From positions 12,619 through 76,618 of the forward strand of contig DASPOF010000070.1 in NCBI GenBank assembly GCA_035626155.1: 64,000 nt of DNA. The letters are read 5' to 3'. The stretch is from Candidatus Binataceae bacterium. GTDB taxonomy: Bacteria; Desulfobacterota; Binatia; Binatales; Binataceae. Below the pieces are notes generated by a model. The model was given only the letters and a program-made list of their open reading frames with translations, did no database searches and had not been told where the DNA came from. The position numbers were made by a program, and so were the translations under genes. Shown here piece after piece: positions 49,365-58,459 of this stretch (position 1 is the stretch's first letter; every line of letters begins with the position of its first letter).

Positions 49365-52277
49365 TCAAATCCAATTCCTCAGGCCCGGCCCCTCCAGCCA
49401 CATTCGCGCGTAATAGCCGGCGCGATCGATCGGTATCGCCGTCCATACCGGAAAGAAATACACGAACAGCACCACCGCCGTCGCGAGAAAAACCACGCTC
49501 ACGAACCTCCCCGGGTACGGCGTCTCTCCGAGTATCACCATGTAGGACAGGAACATCGCCATGAACGCGATTGCGCCCCACGTCGTGCCCAATCCCAGGA
49601 TGAACACGGGCGTCATCGTGAGCAGCAGCGCGATGTGCTCCCACGGCTCCGCGGTCTCATCCCAGCATTGCGCCAGGACGCCGGCGAGCGCGATGAAGGC
49701 CAGGTAGGTCGACGCCATGTAGTGGTAGAGAAAGAGCGTCCGCCCGATCCAGATCCAGATCCCAAGGTATCCGATGTAGCCCAGGACGAGGAACGAACGG
49801 ACCAGATTGGGCCGCTCGACCGCCTGCACCGCGGCGATTGTGATCGCCGTCAGCGCTCCCCAGCACAGAAGCGGGTTCGACCCAAACCAGATCGTCGCGA
49901 CATTGCCGGTCTTCGGAAAGTTCTGCCAATACGCGACCGCCCGCAGCATCAGCGGCCAGCTCCACCACGGCGATGCGTACGGATGGGTCGCCGTCGAGAC
50001 GCTTTTCTCGTAGCCGACGATGTCCTGGTAATACTTGAACAGGTCCTCGATTCCGCCCCACCAGCCGAGCCAGTAGTGCGGCAGAAACACCGCGATGTAC
50101 GCGATCGAGGCGACCGATCCCGTAAGCGCTACTGCGCCGATGATTCGGATGTCGCGCAGCCGGCCGCCCGCGCCCGACCGATAGAGCACGTAAACGAGGA
50201 ACCCCATCACGAGGAGGAACGTCACCGCGGGAATGTACAGCTTGCTCGCGACGCACAGCCCAAGCGCGATACCGAGCCACGGCAGGATTTTCCGCCGTTC
50301 CAGCAAGCCGGGGGTCTCGACGAATCGGAAAAATAGCAGATACGAAACCGCGGCGAGCGTGATGTACACGATGTCGATCACCGCGATGCGCGAATCGACC
50401 AGGAACACCCCGTCGAACGCGATGAATGCCGCGGCCAGAGACGCCGCAAGGCGCGAATGAAGCATCCGCCGCACCAGTAGATACGTGACGCCGATCAGCG
50501 CGGTCCCGATGGCCGCGTTGGCGATGCGCCAGCTCCACGGATGATCCCCGAAAAGCCGGATGCCCAGCGCGATCAGCAGCTTGGCGAGCGGCGGATGCGG
50601 ATCGAGGAACGGCTCGGAATGCAGATAGTGGCGCGCCTGCCCGACGAAGTGCACCTCATCGAAAACAATCTCGGGAGGAGTGTTCAGATGCCAGAAGCGG
50701 ATGATGCCGCCGAGTGCAAGCATCGCGGAAATCACGATTGTGTCGGCGCGGATCCATCCGAGCGGCTCCGGGCGCTCCTCAGGCTCGGGCGCCTCGGACG
50801 GCTGGCGGGTCAGGCGTTGCAAGATCGCGTTCAGCCGCGGGGAGTGCACCTCCGCGCCTTCCAGGCTGACCGCGCCATAGATCGCCGCCGCAGCGAAAAT
50901 CGCAACGTTCAGCGCCGATGCGGCCATCGCAAGTCCGTCGCGCGCGTCGAAGAACACGATCGTCTTGAGCGTGTGCAATACGTAGGCGAGGTTGAACAGG
51001 CAGGTGAGGCTCAGCGCGCCGAACACCGCGAGCATCTCGATCGACTCCAGCGCGAGCGGGATCGCGAACACGATCGCCGGATACAGGTAGCGCTCGTGCA
51101 TCCGCGGAGCGAGCAGGAAGAAGCCGAAAATCGTGATGAAGGCGGCGTACAGCAGCGTCTTCGCCGTCCGCTTACGCCAAAGAATCCACGCAACAAACCC
51201 GTACAGCGGAACGAGCAGGCTCATCCCCAGCCCGAAGTAGGAGATTCCCGCGACCGTCCCCGAATCCGGCTGCCGAAGCCCGCCTATCAGCGCCATCAGG
51301 TTGAAAGCGTTGACCGAGGTCTCGTGATAGTAAGCCGCGGTTGAGGTGTAGAGTTCGAGAATCCAGTTCCAGGGATGGCCGACTTGAAACGGTGCAATCC
51401 CGATTACGAACACCGATATCCCCACCACCGCGCAGCGCGCCCAGCACCGCACGTCCGTCTCGAGCATCGTCCACCACGCCAGCACCGGCGCCAGCATCAG
51501 CCCCTGCGGCTTGACCAGCACCGAGATCGCCGCCATCGCCCAGCACAGTTCGTATTGCGATGCGAGCAGCGCGATAACGCTGAGCAACATCGTGAACGTA
51601 AGCACCGAGTCGCTCTGGCCCCACACCACCGTGTCGAACAACAATACCGGGTTCAGCGCGATCATCAGCATCGCGCCCAGCGCGATCGCGGTGCGCCGGT
51701 CGCGCCGGACCAACGAATAGACCAGCGCGGCGAGGAAGAAGTCGGCGACGATCGCGGGACTCTCGGCGATCAGCCGCTGAGTGTCGCCGGTCGCATGAAG
51801 CAGGTTGGTGAGAACGCCGGCGACCCAGAGCGCGTAGAGGTAACCGGGCGGGTAATCGAGAAAATAGCCCGCCTGGTACGTATGCGCCGGGCCCAGATTC
51901 GCGATTTGGAGCGCCCACGCCTGGTAGCTGCCCACGTCAGGCCCGAAGCCGGGAAAGAACGACAGGGCCGCGGTCTTCACGATCGCGAGCGCGCCCAGCG
52001 TGACCGCGGCGGTCTCGAGACCGGACTCGGGGTCGCTCGCGATCGGTTTGAGCGCGCAAGCAAATGCGTAGCCGACAATCGAGATCAGGATGACGCCGGC
52101 CAGGATGCCCGCGAGTTTGCCCGATCCCGCCGGCGCCTGCGCGCCCGGCTCCGCGGCGAGCGATGCCGCAGCGAGCAGCGCGACGCCGAGCATCGTCACA
52201 ACGCGGCGCGGACCGCGCGGCGCGAGCGTCTTCCACCGCCGCATCAGGGCGAGACCTTCCGGGTTATCAAGCCGCAC
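49365..52277 (-). CDS. 970-aa tandem GT-C glycosyltransferase fusion. The N-terminal half is DUF2029/GT87-like (a DYPP motif). The C-terminal half is PMT/GT39-like (an FDEVHF motif).
   Basis: N-module: ...GYFLDYPPGYLYALW...HERYLYP.... C-module: ...FDEVHFVGQARHYL... plus many TM helices. More than 20 predicted TM segments in total. Confidence 0.7.
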   Translation of the reverse strand: MRLDNPEGLALMRRWKTLAPRGPRRVVTMLGVALLAAASLAAEPGAQAPAGSGKLAGILAGVILISIVGYAFACALKPIASDPESGLETAAVTLGALAIVKTAALSFFPGFGPDVGSYQAWALQIANLGPAHTYQAGYFLDYPPGYLYALWVAGVLTNLLHATGDTQRLIAESPAIVADFFLAALVYSLVRRDRRTAIALGAMLMIALNPVLLFDTVVWGQSDSVLTFTMLLSVIALLASQYELCWAMAAISVLVKPQGLMLAPVLAWWTMLETDVRCWARCAVVGISVFVIGIAPFQVGHPWNWILELYTSTAAYYHETSVNAFNLMALIGGLRQPDSGTVAGISYFGLGMSLLVPLYGFVAWILWRKRTAKTLLYAAFITIFGFFLLAPRMHERYLYPAIVFAIPLALESIEMLAVFGALSLTCLFNLAYVLHTLKTIVFFDARDGLAMAASALNVAIFAAAAIYGAVSLEGAEVHSPRLNAILQRLTRQPSEAPEPEERPEPLGWIRADTIVISAMLALGGIIRFWHLNTPPEIVFDEVHFVGQARHYLHSEPFLDPHPPLAKLLIALGIRLFGDHPWSWRIANAAIGTALIGVTYLLVRRMLHSRLAASLAAAFIAFDGVFLVDSRIAVIDIVYITLAAVSYLLFFRFVETPGLLERRKILPWLGIALGLCVASKLYIPAVTFLLVMGFLVYVLYRSGAGGRLRDIRIIGAVALTGSVASIAYIAVFLPHYWLGWWGGIEDLFKYYQDIVGYEKSVSTATHPYASPWWSWPLMLRAVAYWQNFPKTGNVATIWFGSNPLLCWGALTAITIAAVQAVERPNLVRSFLVLGYIGYLGIWIWIGRTLFLYHYMASTYLAFIALAGVLAQCWDETAEPWEHIALLLTMTPVFILGLGTTWGAIAFMAMFLSYMVILGETPYPGRFVSVVFLATAVVLFVYFFPVWTAIPIDRAGYYARMWLEGPGLRNWI

Positions 52278-52427
52278 CAGTCACGCTTCGAGCGCGTCCC
52301 CATCGGAAACTGACTCGCTAACATAGCGAACTGGAACCGCGCGATGAACACCACGCTGCGCCGAACATGGCTGGCGCGGGGCGGCGGCGCGGGACTATCA
52401 TTCCTGAACCGCAAGGAGGCCTCGCGC

Positions 52428-53090
52428 ATGGATCTGATTCATACGGCCTACGAACCGGCAGGCAGCGGCCCGCATCCGGCGATCAGCGCGTTCCACGGAT
52501 GGGGCGCAAACGCGCTCGACCTGCTCGGCCTGGCGCCGTATATCGCGGAGGGGCGATGCATCGTCGTCTGCCCGCAAGGCCCGATCGAGGTGGCTATCGG
52601 TCCCACGCGCGGCTTTGGCTGGTATCAGATTCGCACCGGCGGTGCGCACGATCCCGCGGTTCTCGAGGCTACCAGCCGCGCCGGGGCCGCTTTCATCGAC
52701 GCCGCCATGGAGCGTTATCCAATCGACCCGCGCAAGCTGATTCTGCTCGGCTTCAGCCAGGGCGGCTCGATGGCGTACCGGCTGGCGATGACGAATCCGG
52801 CGAGGTTCGCCGCGATGGTTGCGATTTCGACCTGGTTTGCGCCCGAGCTGAAGGAGCTTGCGACTGATCGCGATGCGCTCACGCGGCTTCCCACGCTCAT
52901 CCAGCACGGACGCGCCGACGAGATGGTCGAGATCGCGCGCGCCCGCGCCTCGGTGGACCATCTTCGCGAACTTAAGATTCCGGTCACGTTCCGCGAGTAC
53001 GATTGCGGCCACGAGATCACCGCCGAGAGCCTCGATGACCTGTCGCAATTCCTGATGCAGAAGGTCGTCCAGCCGATTCTGACCGTATGA
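52428..53090 (+). CDS. Phospholipase/carboxylesterase-family alpha/beta hydrolase.
   Basis: ...GFSQGGSMAY... (a GxSxG nucleophile) and ...IQHGRADEMV...CGHEI.... The start is trimmed to MDLIHTAYEP. Confidence 0.7.
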   Translation: MDLIHTAYEPAGSGPHPAISAFHGWGANALDLLGLAPYIAEGRCIVVCPQGPIEVAIGPTRGFGWYQIRTGGAHDPAVLEATSRAGAAFIDAAMERYPIDPRKLILLGFSQGGSMAYRLAMTNPARFAAMVAISTWFAPELKELATDRDALTRLPTLIQHGRADEMVEIARARASVDHLRELKIPVTFREYDCGHEITAESLDDLSQFLMQKVVQPILTV

Positions 53091-53127
53091 GCACGCCCCG
53101 CCCGCTGAGTCCGTTAGAGTTGGCCCC

Positions 53128-53937
53128 ATGAGCGGCCCCTCGAGCGAAAGTGGCGGCGAGTTTGCGCGCCTGCTCGCCGTCATCCGCGAGCTTCGCCAGC
53201 GATGCCCCTGGGATCGCGAGCAGAAACTCGCCGATTCGCCCCGCCACATCATCGAGGAAGCCTACGAAGCGGCCGACGCGATCGGTGGCGGCGATCACGC
53301 CGAGATTGCCGACGAACTCGGCGATCTAATCGTGCAAGCGCTGTTCGCGGGCGTGATCGCGGCCGAAGAGGGCCCGTTCGATGTCGCCGCCATCCTGGAC
53401 GGCGCTGCGAACAAGCTCATCCGGCGCCATCCGCACGTTTACGGCGATGAGAAGGCCGAGACGGCCGCGCAGGTGCTCGCCAAATGGGAGCGGATCAAGG
53501 CGGAGGAACGGGGGAATGCCGCCGCCGGCGGATCGCTCCGCGATGCGGGCCGGGCGCTGCCCGCCCTGATGCGTGCGGAGAAGCTCGGCGAGCGGGCGCG
53601 GCAGGCCGGGATGGATTGGGCGGACGCGCGCGAGGTGCTCGCCAAGGTGCGCGAGGAACTCGGCGAGATCGAGCAGGCGCTCGAGCGCGGCGATGTGGCC
53701 GATGCGGCGGAGGAGCTGGGCGATGCGATGCTGGCGCTCGCGAATGCGCCGCGGTTTTTGGGCCGCAATGCCGAGGAGACGCTGCGGCGCGGATGCGAAA
53801 AGTTTATCGCGCGATTCGAGCGCGTCGAGCGAATCGCCGCCGAGCGCGGAATCGATTTGAAGAATCTCGCGCCCGCCGATGTCGAAGCGTTATGGCAGGA
53901 GGCCAAAAAGCTGGCAGGCTCGTCCTCGAAACGGTAA
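53128..53937 (+). CDS. mazG: Nucleoside triphosphate pyrophosphohydrolase MazG.
   Basis: ...LRQRCPWDREQ...EEAYEAADAI... and ...ELGDLIVQ.... Two EExxE/D-type tandem motifs. Confidence 0.85.
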   Translation: MSGPSSESGGEFARLLAVIRELRQRCPWDREQKLADSPRHIIEEAYEAADAIGGGDHAEIADELGDLIVQALFAGVIAAEEGPFDVAAILDGAANKLIRRHPHVYGDEKAETAAQVLAKWERIKAEERGNAAAGGSLRDAGRALPALMRAEKLGERARQAGMDWADAREVLAKVREELGEIEQALERGDVADAAEELGDAMLALANAPRFLGRNAEETLRRGCEKFIARFERVERIAAERGIDLKNLAPADVEALWQEAKKLAGSSSKR

Positions 53938-54416
53938 TCCATACGATATTGTTTCCCGGCGCGGTCACGGTCGCGCTTCCGTGGTGGATTCTGGTTTCGG
54001 GCGCGCGCCATCTTTCGCCGTGGAGCCTCGCTCGGTCGATCGGCATCCTTCCGATCGCGCTCGGCGCTGCGATTCTGGCCTGGTGTTCGTGGGACTTCAT
54101 CGTGTCGGGACGCGGGACCCCGAACCCGCTCGATCCGCCCCGGATGCTGGTCTCACGCGGCGCGTATCGATACGTGCGAAATCCCATGTACGCCGGCATC
54201 GCGCTGATTCTTCTGGGAGAGGCGATTTTGTTCGGCGCGCCGATGCTGCTCGCGTATGCGGCGATCGTCACGACGGCCTTTCATCTGTTCGTGGTGCTGT
54301 ACGAGGAGCCGTTCCTGCGCGCGCGATTCGGCGCATCGTATGAGGAGTTCTGCCGCCGCGTCCCGCGCTGGATACCGCGTACCCAGTTGACCCGCGGGAG
54401 CCGCACTGTTAGCTAA
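53892..54416 (+). CDS. Isoprenylcysteine carboxyl methyltransferase (ICMT/PEMT)-family membrane methyltransferase.
   Basis: ...RYVRNPMYAGIALILLGEAILFG... (the ICMT signature). The ATG at 53892 overlaps the mazG 3' end by 46 nt. An alternative TTG near 53949 is possible. Confidence 0.6.
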   Translation: MAGGQKAGRLVLETVIHTILFPGAVTVALPWWILVSGARHLSPWSLARSIGILPIALGAAILAWCSWDFIVSGRGTPNPLDPPRMLVSRGAYRYVRNPMYAGIALILLGEAILFGAPMLLAYAAIVTTAFHLFVVLYEEPFLRARFGASYEEFCRRVPRWIPRTQLTRGSRTVS

Positions 54417-54424
54417 ATCAGGTT

Positions 54425-54727
54425 ATGCCGCACGTTCCAGTACATCCGTCGGCGCAAAAGCGCCATCGACAGAACCTCAAACGCCGGGAGCGCAATCGCG
54501 CAATCAAGAGCCGCGTCCACGCCGCGGTCAAAGAGGCCGCCGAGGCTATCGCGGGCACCGATCCAGCCGCGGCCAAGGAAAAGCTGCGCGCCGCGACCCG
54601 GCTGCTCGACAAGGCCGGGAGCAAGGGAACGCTCAATCGCAACCTGGTCCGCCGGCAGGTGGCGCGGCTTTCCGCACGCCTGCACAAGGCGCAAAGCCAG
54701 GCCGCCGCGCAGCCGAAAGCACCGTAG
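54425..54727 (+). CDS. rpsT: 30S ribosomal protein S20.
   Basis: ...SAQKRHRQNLKRRERNRAIKSRVHAAVK... Confidence 0.85.
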   Translation: MPHVPVHPSAQKRHRQNLKRRERNRAIKSRVHAAVKEAAEAIAGTDPAAAKEKLRAATRLLDKAGSKGTLNRNLVRRQVARLSARLHKAQSQAAAQPKAP

Positions 54728-54757
54728 CGGGCGGAGAATCCTGCACCCCCATCCTAG

Positions 54758-54786
54758 CCTTCCCCCGCATCAAAAAGCAGGGGAAG
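54758..54786. repeat. Palindromic hairpin ccttcccccg-catcaaaaagca-ggggaagg (family B-related).
   Basis: I read it directly. It lies immediately 3' of rpsT. Confidence 0.5.
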
Positions 54787-54873
54787 GGATTCGGATTCCG
54801 CCTCCTTTTTTCGTGCGGGGAAAACTTCTTATTTCCTCCTCCAAGTCTTTGGTGTGGGGATAACTCCCAAATG

Positions 54874-54920
54874 TCCTCCCCCATTTTTTGATATGGGGGA
54901 GGAATAAGGTGGGGGTGCAG
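54874..54920. repeat. Family A-type element: tcctccccca-ttttttgata-tgggggagga followed by ataaggtgggggtgcagggg.
   Basis: A 10-bp perfect inverted repeat plus a G-tract tail resembling the tails at 839-852 and 4570-4581. Confidence 0.55.
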
Positions 54921-54960
54921 GGGTCCACGCGCGGCCGAAATATTCGGCGATGCCCGCGAA

Positions 54961-56037
54961 TCACCGGGCGGGCGCGGCGCCCTCGCCGAGCAGATCGATC
55001 ACCAACCCATAGAGCGCCTGCTCGCGCTCCTTGATGCGCCCGTTCTTGAATCCGGCGTCCATCTCGCACGCGCGCCGGTAAGCATTTTCCAGGCGCGGCG
55101 CGCCGAATCGGCGCGCTCCATCGATCGCGCGCGAGGCCAGATTGCTCGCCGGCGCGACGCCGAGCGATGACGCGATCTCGCCCGCGCCCCGCCGCCGCGC
55201 GAGCATCGCCGCGGCAACCATCATCCGGCGCATCACCGGAACGATTTCGACGGAGAGTATTTCGATCGGGTCGCGTCCAAGTGCGATCGACCGCGCGACT
55301 TGCGCGAGCGCCGCCGCTGCGCGCGCGCCCGCGATGCTGTCGGCGATTTCGAACAGTTGCGGCATCCTCGCGCCGCCGGGCGAATCGAGCGCGTCGGGCC
55401 CCAGCGCCTTGGACTCATCGGCGAGGATCGCGGCTTTGGCGAGCGAATTCGCGATCGCGCCGAGATCGCCGTCATGACGCGAGATCAGGAGATCGATCGC
55501 GGCGGGAGCTAGCCGGACCCCTGCGGTGCGCGCAAGAACCTGCACGTATTGGCCCAGTTGATTGTCGAATGGCCGCAGGCAATTGACCAGGGTTGCGGAT
55601 TTGTCCGCGGCGCGGCGAATCCTTGCCGGCGCGTTGTCGCGTTCGTAGAGGAAGATCAACTGGCCCGGCCCGCGATAACCCTCGATTACCTCGGCGACCG
55701 CGCCCTCCCCTGCTCCACCCGCACTCGGTTCTCCGTCGGTCTCATCGCCGGCATCGGAGGCGCGGTCGCGGCGCGAACGCAGCACGCGGCACGTAATCAC
55801 ACGCTTGGGCGCGAAGAGATCGGGCGCGCGAATTTCCTCGAGCACGGCGCCAAAGTCGCCGGAGGCCCCAACCTGAAAGGATCGATACTGAAGGCCCTGC
55901 GAACACAGACGCCGAACCAGCGCACCGAGCACATACTCGCGAAGGAAGGCATGCGGACCGAAGATCACTACCACGGGCCGAACGCCCGCAGCGGAATCCA
56001 ACGAACGAAGAAAGCCGAGCGCGTTTTCAACCGCCAT
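54961..56037 (-). CDS. holA: DNA polymerase III delta subunit.
   Basis: Length and position (lptE-holA neighbourhood) support this call. The N-terminus is ...VVVIFGPHAFLREY.... The similarity is modest. Confidence 0.7.
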   Translation of the reverse strand: MAVENALGFLRSLDSAAGVRPVVVIFGPHAFLREYVLGALVRRLCSQGLQYRSFQVGASGDFGAVLEEIRAPDLFAPKRVITCRVLRSRRDRASDAGDETDGEPSAGGAGEGAVAEVIEGYRGPGQLIFLYERDNAPARIRRAADKSATLVNCLRPFDNQLGQYVQVLARTAGVRLAPAAIDLLISRHDGDLGAIANSLAKAAILADESKALGPDALDSPGGARMPQLFEIADSIAGARAAAALAQVARSIALGRDPIEILSVEIVPVMRRMMVAAAMLARRRGAGEIASSLGVAPASNLASRAIDGARRFGAPRLENAYRRACEMDAGFKNGRIKEREQALYGLVIDLLGEGAAPAR

Positions 56038-56091
56038 CGCGCGCCACGCCCATCAGCCGCCCGCCCCCGCATCGCCCGCGATGCAGCCGCA

Positions 56092-56673
56092 TCAGAAGCC
56101 CTCGGCCATCGACGCGTACAGGTTCTGCGCGAGCTGCGTCATCGCGTCGGTCTTCGCCATCGCGGTCTGCGTCTGGGCGACCTGCGCATCCGGCAACTGG
56201 GCGATGTCTGCGCTGCGCAGATTATGCTGGAGAAACAAAGGAGTCGTTGCGACCACAGCCTGCGCGACCACGGGCGCCTGCTGAGCGTTGGATAACGACC
56301 TCACACTCCAGAGGATTTTGTTCGTGCGCAGATCGGTCAGCGCTGCCGAGACCGTCACCGACTGGTTGTAGATGGTCGGCTCGAGCACCGCGTTGAACGA
56401 CCCCGCCAGCGAATTGACCGCGACAACTTCACCCGTCAATTCGAGGTCGGCCTGCGCGGGGCTGTCCACCAGCCGCAGGCGGTGATGACGCGCGATCTCG
56501 TCCTTCACGTAGCGCATGAATTCGTCGTTGACGCCCGTCTGGCGGGTGTGATTGCCGAACCGCTCGACGTAAATCGTCCTGGAATCGGACGGGAGATTTG
56601 TGCCCGACGCGGCGAACTGATAGCCGCATCCCGCAAGCGCGAGCGTAAGCCCCAGCAGGAGCGCGCGTCTCAT
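56092..56673 (-). CDS. lptE: LPS-assembly lipoprotein LptE.
   Basis: A lipobox ...LALAGCGYQFA... and the conserved holA neighbour. The start is trimmed to MRRALLLG. Confidence 0.65.
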   Translation of the reverse strand: MRRALLLGLTLALAGCGYQFAASGTNLPSDSRTIYVERFGNHTRQTGVNDEFMRYVKDEIARHHRLRLVDSPAQADLELTGEVVAVNSLAGSFNAVLEPTIYNQSVTVSAALTDLRTNKILWSVRSLSNAQQAPVVAQAVVATTPLFLQHNLRSADIAQLPDAQVAQTQTAMAKTDAMTQLAQNLYASMAEGF

Positions 56674-56674
56674 G

Positions 56675-57121
56675 CTATTCAGCCTTGGCCGCATCCGCCG
56701 GCTCGCCTTTCTCCCGCAGTTTCAGCCGCCCCGCGATTTCGTCGAGGACCCCGTTCACGAACCGGCCCGAATCCCGGTCGCCGTATCGCTTGGCGAGTTC
56801 GATCGCCTCGTCGATGGTCACGCGCGCGGGGATATCGTCGCGCTTCAGCAACTCGTACAGGGCGAGCCGCAGGATGTTGTGATCGACCCGTGACAGCCGC
56901 CTCACCGACCAATGCTCGAGCGCGCCGGCGATGATCTGGTCGAGATTCGCCGTCTCAGCGCGGACGCCGGCGATAAGTTCTGCCGCAAAGGCTCGCGCGC
57001 GCTCATCGGCCGCAAAATCCTCGAAGAACAGCGCGAGGTCCTCGTTGGTCGCGCCGCCGCAAATGTCGATCCGGTAGAGAGCCTTGAGCGCAATCTCGCG
57101 CCCCAAGTGTCTGAGTCCCAT
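56675..57121 (-). CDS. nusB: Transcription antitermination factor NusB.
   Basis: ...REIALKALYRIDI... and ...ILRLALYELL.... Confidence 0.9.
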   Translation of the reverse strand: MGLRHLGREIALKALYRIDICGGATNEDLALFFEDFAADERARAFAAELIAGVRAETANLDQIIAGALEHWSVRRLSRVDHNILRLALYELLKRDDIPARVTIDEAIELAKRYGDRDSGRFVNGVLDEIAGRLKLREKGEPADAAKAE

Positions 57122-57177
57122 ATTGATTCGAACGCGCAGGTCGTCCGGCTCGCTCGCGCCGCACGCACGCCCGCCCT

Positions 57178-58395
57178 TCAGGTGATTAGCTTAAGCTCCG
57201 AAAATAGGTGGCCGAGTTTTTCCTTCTTGGTCCGCAGGTAGCCGATGTTGCCGACGTGCGGCTTCACCTCGAGCGGGACCCGCGTCACTTGCATGCCATA
57301 GCGCTTGAGGCTCTCAATTTTGTGCGGGTTGTTGGTGAGCAGGCGGACCTCGCCGACGCCGAGGTCGCGCAGAATCTGCGCACCGATCCCGTAATCGCGC
57401 AAATCGTCCTCGAAGCCCAGCTCCAGGTTCGCCTCGACGGTATCCAGCCCGGTGTCCTGAAGCGCATAGGCCTTGATTTTATTGCCCAGCCCGATTCCGC
57501 GGCCCTCCTGATGCAGGTAGATGACCACCCCGGCATCCGAGGCGAGAATCCTTCTGAGCGATTGCTCCAACTGTTCCCCGCAATCGCATCTAAGCGAGCT
57601 GAACACGTCGCCAGTCAGGCATTCGGAGTGAATCCTCACGAGCGCCGGCCTTCCGCCGCCCACGCTGCCTTTGAGGAGCGCCAAGTGTTCGCGCCCGTCG
57701 ACGACGTTGCGGAAGATGACGCCCTGCAACTCGCCCGATGCGAGCGGAAACGGCACGTCCGACAGGCGGCGGACGAGAATCTCGTGCGTAAGCCGATGGG
57801 AAACAAGGTCGCGGATGAAGAAGAGCGGCATCGAGTGCCTGGCGGCGAACTCGCGCAGTTCGGGAAGGCGGGCCGCCTCGCCATCCTCGCGCAGAATCGC
57901 GCAAAGCGCCGCGCACGGCTCCAACCCCGCGCATCGGACCGCATCCACCGCCCCCTCGGCGCGCCCGATCCGCATCATCACGCCGCCGCTGAGCGCCATC
58001 AGCGGCAGGACGTGGCCCGGCATCACGATGCTTTCCGGGGTTGAGTCCTTCGACGCGATCACGCCGATCGTGCGGGCGCGGTCCGCGGCGGAAATCCCGG
58101 TCGTGACTCCCTCGCGCGCCTCGACCAGTGCGCCGGCCTGTTCCCGGGTGTCCCCGTTCTCGCTCGCCGTGGCAAGCGGGATGCCGAGTTCGCGCATGCG
58201 CCGATCGGTTATCGCGACGGAGACGATTCCGCGCCCCTCGCGGGTCATGAAATTCACGCTGGCGGGCGTGACCTTTGCGGCCGCCATCACGAGGTCTCCG
58301 TCGGCGTCGTCGCGCTGGTCGGCGACCATGACGGCCATTCCGCCTTCACGGATCTGTTTGAACAAGGCTTCGAGCGATGGCGATGATTTCGTCAT
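57178..58395 (-). CDS. ribBA: Bifunctional 3,4-dihydroxy-2-butanone-4-phosphate synthase / GTP cyclohydrolase II.
   Basis: ...MVADQRDDADGDLV... (RibB) and ...RIHSECLTGDVFSSLRCDCGEQL... (RibA). The start is trimmed to MTKSS. Confidence 0.9.
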   Translation of the reverse strand: MTKSSPSLEALFKQIREGGMAVMVADQRDDADGDLVMAAAKVTPASVNFMTREGRGIVSVAITDRRMRELGIPLATASENGDTREQAGALVEAREGVTTGISAADRARTIGVIASKDSTPESIVMPGHVLPLMALSGGVMMRIGRAEGAVDAVRCAGLEPCAALCAILREDGEAARLPELREFAARHSMPLFFIRDLVSHRLTHEILVRRLSDVPFPLASGELQGVIFRNVVDGREHLALLKGSVGGGRPALVRIHSECLTGDVFSSLRCDCGEQLEQSLRRILASDAGVVIYLHQEGRGIGLGNKIKAYALQDTGLDTVEANLELGFEDDLRDYGIGAQILRDLGVGEVRLLTNNPHKIESLKRYGMQVTRVPLEVKPHVGNIGYLRTKKEKLGHLFSELKLIT

Positions 58396-58459
58396 TTCCC
58401 GGCGATTCAATCGAATATTACCACTGTGTTTCCGAAGCAACCAGCGCGCGTGCAGTCCG

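Noticed and set aside
54730-54960. A rho-independent terminator for rpsT or holA in the hairpin cluster.
   Set aside because: The hairpins are strong but are not followed by a U-run on either strand. I annotated them as repeats rather than terminators.
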